Below are positions 1 to 12,535 of a stretch of DNA of 64,000 nucleotides, piece by piece. The stretch comes from Dictyostelium discoideum (lineage: Eukaryota): assembly GCA_000004695.1 (NCBI GenBank), contig CM000150.2, positions 3,424,001 through 3,488,000 of the forward strand. Direction: 5' to 3'. The translations under genes and the position numbers were made by a program. Every line of letters starts with the position of its first letter. The stretch's first letter is position 1. The notes under the pieces are model-generated. The model searched no databases. It had not been told where the DNA came from and saw only the letters and a program-made list of their open reading frames with translations.

Positions 1-190
1 TTTTTTTTTTTTTTTTAAGTTACCGTTTGACATCATTAAGATAAAAAGGTATCTAATATTTTATACACTTAATTATTTTAGTAGTAGTAAAATATAAATA
101 GATATAATAAACAAAAATTAAAAAAAAAAAAAATCAAAATTTTTGAAAAAAAAAAAAATATCAAAAGTTGTGTGTAATTAATTAAAAGAT

Positions 191-221
<31 letters not shown>

Positions 222-393
222 GTTAACCAAATATTTAATCTAAAAAAAAAAAGTTAAAATTTTTTTTTCAAAAAAAAAAAAAATAAAATAAAATAAAAAA
301 AACAATAATAAAAAAAAAAAAAAAATACCAATAGTAATAAAATCAAATATTTATTTAAAAAAAAAAATAAAATAAAAAAATAAAAAAATAAAA

Positions 394-549
394 ATGACAT
401 TATTAAATAATAATAAACCAATTAATTATATTATTGGTAGTGGTGCAAGTGAAGAAGGTAGTGTTAGCGACGATATTAAATTAAAACAACAATATTCAAA
501 AGCCAACCAAGCCGAAGTAACACAACTCGAACACGACAATAACAATAAT

Positions 550-584
<35 letters not shown>

Positions 585-1573
585 TAAAGAAGATTATAAA
601 GTTAATAGTAGAAAGAAAGATGATAAAATACAACAAGAACAACAACAACAAGAACAACAACAACAAGAACAACAAGAACAACAATCATCTTTTAAAGCAA
701 CATCAGAAAAAGAATTATATAATACTTCAAAAGAAGATAAAGCAAAAGATTTAAAAAATAGATATACTTCAACTAAAAGAACTACCGAAATTATCAGTGT
801 TACATTATTCTCAATATTTCTTGCAATCTCTGTTTATCGTATGTTAACTTTGCTTTTTATTAAAAATATTTGGATCTTCTTAAGTTCAACTGTATTAGCT
901 ATGTTCCTTGCCGACTTTTTCTCTGGAATTGTTCACTGTATGTATTATTATTATTATTAAAACTATTTTTATTTTTTTTTTTTATTTTTTTTTTTTATTA
1001 TTTGATTATTAACTTTTTTTTTTTATTTTTATTTTATTTTTTTTAAAAAAAGGGGCTGCTGATACTTGGGGATCATTAGATACACCACTTGTTGGTAATA
1101 GTTTTATTAGATCATTTAGAGAACATCATGTAGTACCAACTCAAATGACCCATCACGATGTTATTGAAACCAATGGTGATAATTGTATGTTGACAGTACC
1201 AATTTTAGCAATCACAGCACTTGGAAATATTACAATGGATAGTACCTACAATATGTTTTTAATGAGTTTTTTAGTTAACCTTTGTTTCTGGGTCTCATTA
1301 ACCAATCAAATTCATAAATGGAGCCATACCTACAATGTACATCCATTCGTTGGCTTCCTTCAAAAGTCTGGTATCATCCTTTCAAAGAGAGATCATGCAA
1401 TCCATCATCGTAATCCATTCGACAAATATTATTGTATTACAAATGGTTGGTTAAATCCATGGTTAGCTTCAATTAATTTTTGGAAAAGATTAGAAAATGT
1501 TGTCACATTATTAACTGGTGTTTTACCAAGAACTGATGATGGTGCTTGGTGTGGTATTCCTTCAAGTCAATAA
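394..1573 (+). CDS. Kua/TMEM189-family membrane desaturase (plasmanylethanolamine desaturase-like). Exons 394..937 and 1053..1573.
   Basis: ORFs 394..960 and 1145..1573 join through a GTATGT donor at 938 and an AG acceptor at 1051-52, phase 1. The junction reads ...ADFFSGIVH|WAADTWGSLDTP, which is the conserved Kua motif. His boxes HKWSHTYNVHP and HAIHHRNPF follow a hydrophobic TM segment. The N-terminus is N/Q-rich. Confidence 0.55.
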
Positions 1574-1604
1574 TAATAATAATAATAATAAAAAAAAATA
1601 AAAA

Positions 1605-1642
<38 letters not shown>

Positions 1643-1761
1643 TTAATAAATAAATTAAATAAAAAAAAAAAAATAAAGAATTTAATAAATGTTTAAATTC
1701 TTATTTTTTTTTTTTTTCTTATCATTTTAATAATACATATATGTTTATTTTTATTTTTATT

Positions 1762-2901
1762 TTAAATTAATTTTTCAAACCAATCTTTACCAGCAGCTCT
1801 TTTTGATAAATTTAAACAAGGAATAACTTGTTGAATTGAAGGTATATTACCAAATGAAAGACCAACAAGTGATAGATAGGAATGCATAACATCAGGTAAT
1901 TGACCAGGTTCTTTTGCTACACCACCAATTGCTTCGTGTTGAGCAGAGCCAATGAAAGCATTGATTGAAGCGAAATCGATAAGATCATAACGATCAATCA
2001 TCATTAATGAAGCACCAATCCAAAATGCATAACATGTATCTGGGTCTTTATTTGTACGACCGCAGAAACCAGTGATTTGCTTCTTTACTAACCAAAATGT
2101 TAATTGCTCTTTGAATGGCTCCAATACATCTAATCTTCCCAACAACGATAACGAAGCGATGGCACAGTAAGTTGGACCACCATGTGCTTCTTGTTGTGGT
2201 GTTTGGCCAAATGCAAATTCATAGGATAAACAACTTTTAATATAATCTATTGCGCTCTCTTTATTAATTGCTGACCAGTCATCTAAAATGAATGAAATTG
2301 CACATGCAGAGAATAAATGTCTAAGATCATAATCTCCTACATTTGGTGAACCACTGATTGCACCATCCGATTCTCTTTGTCTCTTTCTTAATGAATCTAT
2401 AATTGCCTTCTTATTTACACCACTAAAATCATCGCCCAATATTCTTAATATCAATAATGCACAATATGTATTTGGTGTACTTGGTAAATCATATTCCAAT
2501 GGTCCATTTTCACTTGTATGTACACTTTTATCACAACAAAATTCTTGTCCTAAAAAATTATATCCTCTAAATCCACAATTTTCTAAATTAATTTCTAAAT
2601 TTTTTTTTTTTTTAAAATAAATTAATAAGAGTGATTTTATTAATTTTTTTTTAAAAGTATATATAATCATCATACCTGGATTATCTTTTGATGGTAATAT
2701 TTGTCTTGAATAAACCCAATTGATAATATCTTGTTTTTCTTTTTCAAGTATATCAGTTTTATTTAAAAGATCTAATCCTGATACTACAAAAAATATTAAT
2801 GATAAATGATTTGGTAAACCTGATGTATATGGTGCTGGTAATGCATTTAATGATCTTTGAAAGAATTTTGCTAATTTTTCTTCATTTATACAACTACCCA
2901 T
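1762..2901 (-). CDS. Geranylgeranyltransferase type-I beta subunit (PGGT1B-like prenyltransferase). Exons complement(2676..2901) and complement(1762..~2594).
   Basis: N-terminus KFFQRSLNALPAPYTS...HLSLIFFVVSGLDLL and the motifs NCGFRGYNFLG and ITGFCGRTNKDPDTCYAFWIGASL align to GGTase-I beta ([33 protein letters not shown]). One intron on the minus strand with a GTATGA donor (plus 2674-75) and a tttag acceptor (plus 2595-99, or the alternative 2583-87). Confidence 0.6.
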   Translation of the reverse strand: MGSCINEEKLAKFFQRSLNALPAPYTSGLPNHLSLIFFVVSGLDLLNKTDILEKEKQDIINWVYSRQILPSKDNPGMMIIYTFKKKLIKSLLLIYFKKKKNLEINLENCGFRGYNFLGQEFCCDKSVHTSENGPLEYDLPSTPNTYCALLILRILGDDFSGVNKKAIIDSLRKRQRESDGAISGSPNVGDYDLRHLFSACAISFILDDWSAINKESAIDYIKSCLSYEFAFGQTPQQEAHGGPTYCAIASLSLLGRLDVLEPFKEQLTFWLVKKQITGFCGRTNKDPDTCYAFWIGASLMMIDRYDLIDFASINAFIGSAQHEAIGGVAKEPGQLPDVMHSYLSLVGLSFGNIPSIQQVIPCLNLSKRAAGKDWFEKLI

Positions 2902-3590
2902 TCTCTTTATTTAATTATCTATTTAATTTATTAATTTCTTTTGATTTGATAATATTTGTTTTTTTTTTTTTAATTTTTGGTATTCAAAAGGTAGTCAATG
3001 AAATTTTTTTTTTTTTTTTTTCATTTTTATTTTTTTATATTTTATTTTTTTTTTTTTAAAAAAAATTAAATTTAATTTTTTGAAAATCAAAATTGGGTTT
3101 ATTAATTGATCTTTAATTTCCTAAATCATAATTTATCATTTATAAATGTTTTTATCGTTTTTTTTTTTTATTGAAATTGCATCAAAAATTAAAAAAAAAA
3201 AAAATTATTTATAATAGACACAATATATATTTTTTTTTTTTATTTTTTTAAACAATATTTTTTTATTTTTAATATGAATTTACTTTTTAAAAATGGGGCA
3301 CTCAAAAATACAAAATGATATATAATATAAAAAAAGATATTTAAAAAAAATGAATGTAAATAATGTTTTTTTTTTTTTTTCTTTATATTTTAAATCAATG
3401 AATTCCATTTTTTTTTAAATATCTAATTTTATAAAAATTTTATTCCTATTAGTTGTTCTTCAAAATAATTTTTTAATTTCAAAGAATTAATGTTAAATAT
3501 AAAATGAACCAATTTAGTCAAAACAATTTTTTTAAATTTCAAACTAAAATATTTTCACTAAATTTTTTTTTTTTTTTTTTTTTTTTTTTC

Positions 3591-3635
<45 letters not shown>

Positions 3636-3649
3636 AAAACTAAACACAA

Positions 3650-4995
3650 ATGACAGATACAACAAAAAACGATAAATATAATTTAAAATTAATAGATTCA
3701 ATGCAAAGTAATTATTTAGAATGATTTTTTTTTTTTCATAGTCTTATAGTTAAATAATATTAATAATAATAATATTAAATAATAATATTAAATAATAATA
3801 TTAAATAATAATTAATAATAACAATAATAGAGGAAGCACCATATGATAAAGTGTGGAATTTAGCATGGCATCCAAATGGTGAGATATTAGCAACATGTGC
3901 AAATGATAAATATATTCAAATATGGAGTAAAGATACAAATGGTAAATGGGGATTAGTTCAATCATTAGAAGGTCATGAAAAAACCGTTAGAAGAGTTGCA
4001 TGGTCACCATGTGGTAGATTTTTAGCAGGTGCAAGTTTTGATGCATCAACTTCAATTTGGGAGAAATCAAAAGATGAATTAGAATTTACACATGTATCTT
4101 CATTAGAAGGTCATACATATGAAGTTAAATCAGTTGCTTGGGATTCAACTGGTACATTATTAGCAACTTGTAGTAGAGATAAATCAATTTGGATTTGGCA
4201 AAGTAAAAAATTTTAAAATAAAATAATAATAGTAATAATTAATAATTATATATATATATATATATTAATATTTAATATAATTAATATAATTTAATAATTT
4301 TATTATATTATAGTGGAAGATGATAATGATTTTGAATGTTTATCAATTAATAGTGGACATGGTCAAGATATTAAATGTGTATTATGGCATCCAAATGAAG
4401 AATTATTAGCAAGTAGTAGTTATGATGATACAATTAAATTTTGGAAAGATATAGATGGTGATTGGGAATGTATTAATACTTTAACTGGTCATGAATCTTC
4501 AATTTGGGATTTAGCTTTCAATAAAGATGGTGATAAATTGGTTTCTTGTGGTGAGGATAAATTGGTTTTATTTTGGAAATTTGATAAAGGTAATAATCTA
4601 TAGATTAATTTTATATATATTACATATTTAAACATTTTTGAATAAATAAATTAAATAAAAATATTTATTAATTTATTTTATTTTTTTATTTTTTTTTAGA
4701 AAATGAAAAATGGATTAATATATTTAAATTTAAAAATGAAAATTCAAGACCAATTTATAGTATTGACTGGTCAAGTTTAACAAATACAATTGTGACTGGT
4801 TCAGCCGATGATAGTATAATATTTTATGAACAAGAAAGTGATGATACACCAGATAAATATAAAATAATATTAAAGAAAAAAAATGCTCACGATAGTGATG
4901 TAAATTGCACGAAATGGAATCCAAAATTTAAAAATATTTTAGCCTCTTGTGGTGATGATGGTTTCATTAAAATTTGGGAATTACAAGATAAATAA
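3650..4995 (+). CDS. ciao1: CIAO1, the WD40 cytosolic Fe-S cluster assembly factor. Exons 3650..3707, 3831..4202, 4314..4589, 4700..4995.
   Basis: Seven WD repeats. SLEGHEKTVRRVAWSPCGRFLAGASFDASTSIWEK, LEGHTYEVKSVAWDSTGTLLATCSRDKSIWIW, CVLWHPNEELLASSSYDDTIKFW and VNCTKWNPK..ILASCGDDGFIKIWEL match human CIAO1 almost collinearly. Donors GTAATT (3708), GTAAAA (4203) and GTAATA (4590), all AG acceptors, phases consistent. Confidence 0.7.
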
Positions 4996-5001
4996 AATAT
5001 T

Positions 5002-5060
<59 letters not shown>

Positions 5061-5085
5061 TATATAATAATAATTTTTTTTTTTA

Positions 5086-5116
<31 letters not shown>

Positions 5117-5231
5117 TTTATTATTTGTTAAATATCGATGAATGAAATGTAAGATATATAGTGAGTGGGTGAAAGTTTAAAAATTTTAATTTAAAATTAT
5201 ATATAAAAAAAAAAGAAAGTTCACATATGTT

Positions 5232-5774
5232 TTAATTTTGAGCAGTAGTTGTGGTAGTGGTTGTGGTAGTTGGTGGTGCTTCTGTTGCTGGGGTAGAATG
5301 GTTTTCAGATGATTCAGCTGGTGCAGCAGCAGCAGGTTCAGGAGAAGAAGTTTGTTTTGCAGATTTTTTAGCTTGACGTTTCTTTTGTTTATCATCCATT
5401 TTCTTTGCTATTTTATCAAAGAATCTTTCAATTTTATTTTCAAATTTATTAAGTTTCTCTTTCATTGTTTCCTTTTTAGATGATGCAGCTTCGACAGCTT
5501 CTTTGGAAGATGATGGTTTATCTTGTTCTTCAACTGCAACAACTTCTACAAAATCACTTTCAATTGGTGATTCTTCATCTTTAACATGATCAATTTTAAT
5601 TTCTGGTGTTTCCATTTTTGGTTCTTCAGCTTTTGGCTCTTCAGCTTTTGGTTCTTCAACTTTTGGTTCTTCAACTTTTGGTTCTTCAACTTTTGGTTCT
5701 TCAACTTTTGGTTCTTCAACCTTTGGTTCTTCAACTTTGGTTTCTACTGGTGTTGTATTTTCAGTTGATGACAT
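5232..5774 (-). CDS. Hypothetical low-complexity protein with (VEEPK)n repeats and a poly-Thr tail
   Basis: Single minus-strand ORF of 180 aa containing eight tandem VEEPK/AEEPK pentapeptides, then a K/E-rich helix and a TTTTTTTTT tail. I recognise no family. The overlapping plus ORFs 5586.. and 5606.. are shadows of the repeat. Confidence 0.4.
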   Translation of the reverse strand: MSSTENTTPVETKVEEPKVEEPKVEEPKVEEPKVEEPKVEEPKAEEPKAEEPKMETPEIKIDHVKDEESPIESDFVEVVAVEEQDKPSSSKEAVEAASSKKETMKEKLNKFENKIERFFDKIAKKMDDKQKKRQAKKSAKQTSSPEPAAAAPAESSENHSTPATEAPPTTTTTTTTTAQN

Positions 5775-7000
5775 TATTAATTTTTTTATTATATATTATT
5801 ATATTTTTTTTTATATTTACAATGAATTATTCAATAATATAATTTTTTAAATTTTATTATTCTTATTATTATTTTTATTTTTTTATTTTTTTAATTTTTT
5901 ATTTTTTTAATATTATTATAAAGTATGAAAGTATATTTATTGAAAAAAAAAAAAAGAATTAATTGTAATATAATTTTATTATATTATTTAAATAAAAAGT
6001 TTTAATGAAAAAAAAAAAAAAAATTAAAAAATTGGATTTTATAAACAAATTCCATTGTATTTAAAATATTTTATTCTTTTTAATTATTATTATTATTATT
6101 TTTTTATTTTATTCACTAATTTTTATATATGTTATTTTTAAAAGGGTGTTTATAGTTCTGACGTTCTCATATTATCTACATTAAATTATAAAAGAAATAA
6201 TGGCAAAATTCTTGTATATATATAAAGTTTTCCACTATGAAGTAATAATATTAATTATTTTTTTTTATTCATAAATTCCTGTTGTATCTGTTTAGATAAC
6301 GTATAATAAAAAATAAAAAAAATTAAAACGTAATCCATCGAACACACAAAATAAAATAAAACAATTAAATAAATAAATAAATAAATAAATTTTGTTTTAA
6401 TTATTTGTTTTTATTAATTTTTTTTATCTTTTAATTTTTTTTTTTTTTATTTTTTTTTTTTTTTTATTTTTTTTTTTTTTTAATAGATTATATTTTACAT
6501 CATATAATTTTTTTAGATTTTTAATTATTGCACCATAAAAAATAATAATTAAATAATTATTTTATATAGTGCAATAATAATATTATTGTTATGAAATTAA
6601 AGTATAATTTTTTCTTTTATAACCCAATGACACTTTTTTGATTTGATTTGTTCCATTTTTTTTAAAATTTAAAGTGAAAATAATTAAATTATGGGGAAAA
6701 TTTGAAGTAGAATATAGATTTTTTATGAATTTTTTCCAATTGTTTCAAAAAAAATAAAATAAAATAAAATAAATAAAAAATTAACATGCTAACAAAATTA
6801 ATAATTTAAGAATTTGAATAAATCACCTTTTTATAAAAAATATGATTTTATTTTTTGGTAATTTTTATTGATTTATTAATTTTTTTAAAAAATTTGTTTG
6901 TTTTTTATTTATTTTAATTAATTAGAGTTTACACACCAAAGGCAATAATAATAAACCAATAATAAGGTTTATAAATTTTTGGACTAAGTGTGTTTTACTG

Positions 7001-7014
7001 AGAGTCGAACCAGT
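7001..7014 (-). promoter_or_regulatory. External B box (exB) downstream of tRNA-Asn
   Basis: Minus strand reads ...ACTGGTTCGACTCTC, about 28-37 bp 3' of the tRNA-Asn end. This matches the GGTTCGANTC B-box consensus that Dictyostelium tRNA genes duplicate downstream. Confidence 0.5.
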
Positions 7015-7039
7015 GGTTTAAATTTTTCCTTAAAAAATT

Positions 7040-7112
7040 CGCCTAGACATGGGATCGAACCATGGACCTAGCGGTTAACAGCCGCTCGCTCTGCCTACTG
7101 AGCCATCCAGGC
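7040..7112 (-). tRNA. tRNA-Asn (anticodon GTT)
   Basis: Reverse complement is GCCTGGATGGCTCAGTAGGCAGAGCGAGCGGCTGTTAACCGCTAGGTCCATGGTTCGATCCCATGTCTAGGCG. Cloverleaf: acceptor 7 bp (one G-U), D arm GCTC/GAGC, anticodon stem AGCGG/CCGCT with loop CTGTTAA, T arm CATGG-TTCGATC-CCATG, discriminator G. A T-run terminator follows directly. Confidence 0.85.
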
Positions 7113-7189
7113 GTATTTGTGATTTTTTATTATTAATTGCAACATAACGTATTTTTTCAAATTAGCATTATTTATCATTTAAAGTAAAA

Positions 7190-7262
7190 TGGAGAAGAAG
7201 GGTATCGATCCCTTTACCTCTCGCATGCTAAGCGAGCGCTCTACCATCTGAGCTACATCCCC
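7190..7262 (-). tRNA. tRNA-Ala (anticodon AGC)
   Basis: Reverse complement is GGGGATGTAGCTCAGATGGTAGAGCGCTCGCTTAGCATGCGAGAGGTAAAGGGATCGATACCCTTCTTCTCCA. The G3:U70 alanine identity pair and A73 are present. Anticodon stem CTCGC/GCGAG with loop TTAGCAT. One T6:T67 mismatch in the acceptor stem and an A54 in the T loop, so tRNAscan confirmation is advisable. Confidence 0.7.
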
Positions 7263-7943
7263 TTTGATGATATAAAAAATAAATTAGCCAGAAAATATAG
7301 AAAAAATAATTATAACAATGAATAACAAAAAACTAAATTAACATCAAAATAAAAATATTTAATTGTGAATTAATTTTTGAATAATTAAATTAATTGATTA
7401 TCCCTTTGCAGTTTTTAAAAAAAGTATTCATTAAAAATTTAATTCAATTTAATTTAATTTAATTTATTAAGACAAAAACTGTTGGGATTATTAGTATTAA
7501 ACTTTTTTCGTCAAAAAAACCCTATATTGTTTGGGTTAACAATTAAAATTTATTATAGTGAAAAAAATATGAAATCTCCACCGCCAAAAGACAAAAATTT
7601 TTGATGGAATATTTTTAAATTTTAATATTATAAATTAAATTTATAAATAGTTGGAACCAGGAATTCAATGTCCATTCCATTTTTAATTTCCTTAATAAAA
7701 AAAAATTGGTATCATTTTTCTTATTTTATTATTTAAAACTTTAAAAAAAAAAAAATTATTTATAAAAAAAAAAAAAAAAACCACGTTTATTTTTAAAAAT
7801 ATCTTTCTAAATTAAATTATTATTATAATAAAATTTTGAAAATAAAATAAAAATAAAAATTATTTTTAGATGTTTTATTAAAAGAAATTTTGATTTTTAG
7901 CAAACACAAAACAGTGTGGTTACACAAAAAAATATCTTGGTTT

Positions 7944-7976
<33 letters not shown>

Positions 7977-8395
7977 TTAATGAAATTATTGATTGTGATT
8001 AAAAATAATTATTTTAAAAATATCTCATGATTTTCTTTTCAAAGCTTAACGGTGTGAATATTTATTTTATTTTTAATTTTTATTTTTACTTTTATTTTTT
8101 ATTTTTTTTTTTTTTATTTTTTTATTTTTTTATTTTTTTTTTTTTTTACTTAAATCATATTTCTTTTTCATTTGTATTATACTTGTAAAATTATTTGTAA
8201 TTTTAATACTGTATTTTAAACCTAAATTATTTTTTTATTTTATTTTATATTTTTTATTTTTTTAATATATATAATTTTTAAAAAGAAAAAAAAGAAAATT
8301 TAAAGATATAAAAAAAAAAAAAAAACAATAATAATAATAATATATTTGTAATAATAATAATAAAAAAAAAAAAAAAAAAAATTGATTAATAAAAA

Positions 8396-9109
8396 ATGGA
8401 CCAAGTTTCAATTGAAATGAGTTCAACACCACGTCCAACAATGGTGAAATCAAAATCACAACTAAGTTTGAGAAGATCACTTACAATTACTTTTAAAGAT
8501 CTTGCCTATTCTGTAACAGTTAAAAAGAAGAAAATGCAAATTCTTAAAGGTGTAAGTGGTACTGTAACCCCTGGTGAATTAGTTGCAGTTTTTGGTCCAT
8601 CTGGTAATTATTTATTTATTTACTTTTTTATCTTTTTTTTTTTCCAAATTTAATTATAAATAAAAAAATTAAATATTCTTTTCTAATTTTTTTTTTTTTT
8701 TTTTTTTTTTTTCCAAATTTAATTATAAATAAAAAATTTTATAGGTAGCGGTAAAACAACATTATTGGATATTTTAGCAAATAGAAAAGAAAGTGGAGAA
8801 ATTTCAGGAGCAGTATTAATCAATGGAAATGAAATTGATGATGATTATAAAAGATTATGTAGTTATGTTGTTCAAGAAGATGTTTTATTACCAACCATTA
8901 CAGTACGTGAAACACTTAGATTTTATGCCGATTTAAAATTACCAAAAAGTTGGACTGAAAAAGAAAAACATGAAAGAATTGAACAAATTTTAGAACAAAT
9001 TGGTTTATCACATAGAGCTGATGCAAAAATTGGTGGTGTTTTACCAGGTGGTATTGTATTAAGAGGTTTATCTGGTGGTGAAAAAAGAAGAGTAAATTTA
9101 GTTTTAAAA

Positions 9110-9147
<38 letters not shown>

Positions 9148-10301
9148 AGTGTATTTAAATTTATTAATAATTTTATTTTAATTATTTTAATTATTATAGG
9201 TTAGTATTGGTTGTGGTTTAGTTACTTCACCAAGTATTGTATTATTAGATGTGAGTAAAAAATAAGAATAAAAAAAAAAAAAAAAAAAAAAAATTTAGTT
9301 GACTAATTATTAAAAAAAAAAAAAAAAAAAAAAGGAACCAACATCTGGATTAGATACAACTAGTGCAATGGCAGTAATGAAAACATTAGTTGAATTAACA
9401 CAACAAAAAAGCGTAACAGTAATTTGCACAATTCATCAACCACGTTCAGAAATTTTCAAATTATTTACAAAGATTATGGTATTGGCAGAGGGTCGTTTAG
9501 TTTATTATGGTAATAGACCAGTTGAACATTTTACAGAGATTGGATTCCCATTCCCAGATCAAACCAATCCAGCAGATTATATATTGGATGCTGTAACCAC
9601 GATTAAAGAAGAAGGTAGAGCGGATGAAATTGCAGATAGATTACAATCATCCTATTTGGATCAAGCGAATCAAGAATCCAGTTCAACCTTAACTCAAAGT
9701 CAACTTGGTATTATAAATGCGTCAGGCAAAAGAAAGATCAATGCTTATAATAATGGTTTATTTACTCAATTTTTAGTATTATGGAAGAGAACTGGTTTGG
9801 ATTTCATACGTAATCCAAGTAATTGTTTGGTTCGTTTTGCTGTGGCAGTATTTGTAGGCTTATTATTTGGTGCATGTTTTAGTGGATTGGGAATGGACGA
9901 AAAAGGTGTTCAAAGTAGAAGTGCTGTACTCTTTTATTTGGTTATCAATATGATTCTTCAACCATTTGCTTCAATTAGTTTGTTTATTAGTAAAAGAACA
10001 CTTTTCAATGCAGAAAGAGCTTCAAAACTTTATCACACCCTTCCATATTATTTGGCTTTGATGTTTTTTGAAATCTTGGCTTGTATTGGTACCGCTTTCA
10101 TTTTGGGTACCATTACCTATTGGTTTGCAGATTTAAATCCTGGTGCTGACAAATACTTTTTCGCAATGGCAATTTTAACTTTAGCTCATTTAGCTGGTGA
10201 TTTCTTTATGTTAATAATTTCTTGTATAACAGTTCAAGTTGATACTTCATTTGCTGTTGGTGCTGGTGTTGCAACAATTTATCAATTATTTGCTGGGTAA
10301 T

Positions 10302-10398
<97 letters not shown>

Positions 10399-10782
10399 TA
10401 AATAATAATATAAATAATATAAATAATATTAATAATAATAATAATAATTTTTTTATTTTTTAAAAAAATTACTAACTTTTTTTTTTATTTTTTTTTTTAA
10501 AGTTTCTTTGTTCCAATTAATGCACTTCCAAAATCATTTGAATGGTTACATTGGTGTAATTTTGTGTATTATTCATTTGAAGCATTAATGCACAATGAAT
10601 TTGTTGGTGAAACAGTAAATTGTGGTCAATTAGCTTGTCCAACTGGAAGAGATGTTCTTATTAATTTAGGTTTAAATAATAGAGGAAAAGGTATTAATTT
10701 AATTATTGTATCATCGTTTGCCTTTGCATTCTTTACAATGGTTTTCCTTTGTTTACATTACTTCCATAGAGAAAAAAGATAA
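8396..10782 (+). CDS. ABC transporter G-family half transporter (NBD then TMD). Exons 8396..8603, 8745..9091, 9200..9250, 9335..10296, 10503..10782.
   Basis: Walker A GPSG|SGKTTLLD spans intron 1. The ABC signature LSGGEKRR|VSIGCGLV spans intron 2. Walker B IVLLD|EPTSGLD spans intron 3. Q/H loop TIHQPR, then six TM helices. The last intron carries (AAT)n. C-terminal tail NALPKSFEWLHWCNFVYYSFEALMHNEF. White/ABCG architecture. Confidence 0.7.
10300..10440. repeat. (AAT)n microsatellite of about 45 units inside the last ABCG intron
   Basis: Direct read, pure AAT from 10306 to about 10395, degenerating into aat/ata units. In the ORF track it appears as an N43 'protein'. Confidence 0.9.
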
Positions 10783-10798
10783 AACCAAATCATTGTTC

Positions 10799-10861
<63 letters not shown>

Positions 10862-10870
10862 AATAAATAT

Positions 10871-10914
<44 letters not shown>

Positions 10915-11018
10915 AGTAAATATAAAAATAAAACTAAAAATATATATATATTTAGAATTAAAAATAAAAAAAATAAAAAAAAGTAAAAATAAAAAAAAAG
11001 TTTAGATTTATTTATTTT

Positions 11019-11053
<35 letters not shown>

Positions 11054-11176
11054 CTCGATTTGAAAATCTATGATCAAATTGTTTTTAATAAATTTAGAAT
11101 ATCTCCAGGTTCTTTCACTTTTATTTTTTATTTTTTTTTTATTTTTATTATTTTTTTTTTTTTTTTGAATTTTTCA

Positions 11177-11226
<50 letters not shown>

Positions 11227-12535
11227 GATTGTTTTAAAAATAATTCAAAAAAAAAAAAAAAATAAAAAAATTCGTTTTTGATTGAAAAAATAAAAATAAA
11301 ACAGTTGTCAGAAAAATTTACAAAAAAAATATTAAAATATAATTAATAATACATAAAACAAGAATTCACTTTAAAAGGAAATAAAACTTGGAAAAAAAAA
11401 TATAAATATACATATATAATCATTATATATACAAAAAAAAAAAAAAAATAAAAAACTTGAAATAAAAAAGTAATTAGTATTAAGAATACAACATTGTATT
11501 TTTAGGCAACAGAGAATTAACCACTCCTCTCACAAGTAAAAACTAAACCACATAATAAATATTATGTGGTACCACTCCAAAAAATAAAAAAATAAAAAAA
11601 ATAAAATAATAATAATAACAAAAAAAAAAAACCAAAAATAATAATAATAATAATTATTATTATTATTTATTATTATTTTTATTTTTATTTTTATTATTAT
11701 TATTATTATTTTTCAGTTTTTTTTTTTTTTTTTCTAATTCAAAGTATAAATAAAAAAAAAAAATACAAAATAGAAAAAAAAATAATAATAAATAAATAAC
11801 CAAAAAAAATAAATAAATAATAAATAACCTAAAAAAAAAAAAAAAAATTCAAACCATGAGTATATAGACTGAAAACGGACAATCTAAATAATTAAAAGAT
11901 TATTAGAAAATTAGTTGTTCTATTTTTATCATCAATCCACACAAATATGTTTGCACAATCCATTTTGTGAAAAAAAAAAAAATAAATAAATAAAAAAATA
12001 CAAATAAAACCCACCCCAAAAAAAAAAAAAAAAAAAAAATCAAAACAAAACAAATAAAAAACGTAATAAAAATAAATTTAACAAATCTTTTCATTATTAA
12101 ATCATTTTAACGACAAGATTAAAAAAAAAAAATAAAAAAATAAAAATAAAAAAAATAAAAATAATAATAAAAATAATAAAAAAAAAAACATATCCTTTAT
12201 CTTTTTTTTTAATACCATAGAATAAACCACATCTTACTAATTTCAATAAAATAAAAAAAACTAAAAGACATTTGTTTAAATTATTATTATTATTAAAGCC
12301 CAGATTTATAAAAAAAAAATTAAAAAATTAAAAAATTATATATAAAAAAAAAAAAAAAAAAACAAAACAAATTTATCATATATGCTTTATCAAAATATTT
12401 ATCAAATTGAATTGATCAAACAAGAAAAAAACAAACAAAAAATAATTTAGATAATTGATTGTTGTATTTTTTTTTTTTTTCTCCTTTTTTATTTTTTTAT
12501 TTTTTTTTTTTATCATCAAATCATTCAAATAAAAA

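Noticed and set aside
496-684. Minus-strand ORF of 62 aa inside exon 1 of the Kua-like gene
   Set aside because: It is an antisense shadow of the poly-Asn/Gln coding tract and all Leu/Phe/Ile. The sense strand has the conserved protein.
2799-3059. Assorted short ORFs in AT-rich intergenic DNA (2799.., 8262.., 11060.., 11903.., 18075.., 19123.., 23455.., 38019.., 54568.., 55114.., 56476..56688 tail, 60656.., 63484..)
   Set aside because: Poly-Phe/Ile/Lys/Tyr translations of homopolymers and microsatellites. No start context, no splice support, no recognisable domain.
6990-7020. Possible third, truncated tRNA 3' of tRNA-Asn (GGTTCGACTCTC)
   Set aside because: Only a B-box-like 12-mer with no acceptor or anticodon arms. 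Interpreted as the Dictyostelium external B box.
10239-10463. ORF with N43
   Set aside because: It is the (AAT)n microsatellite in the last ABCG intron. The flanking exons splice around it in phase.
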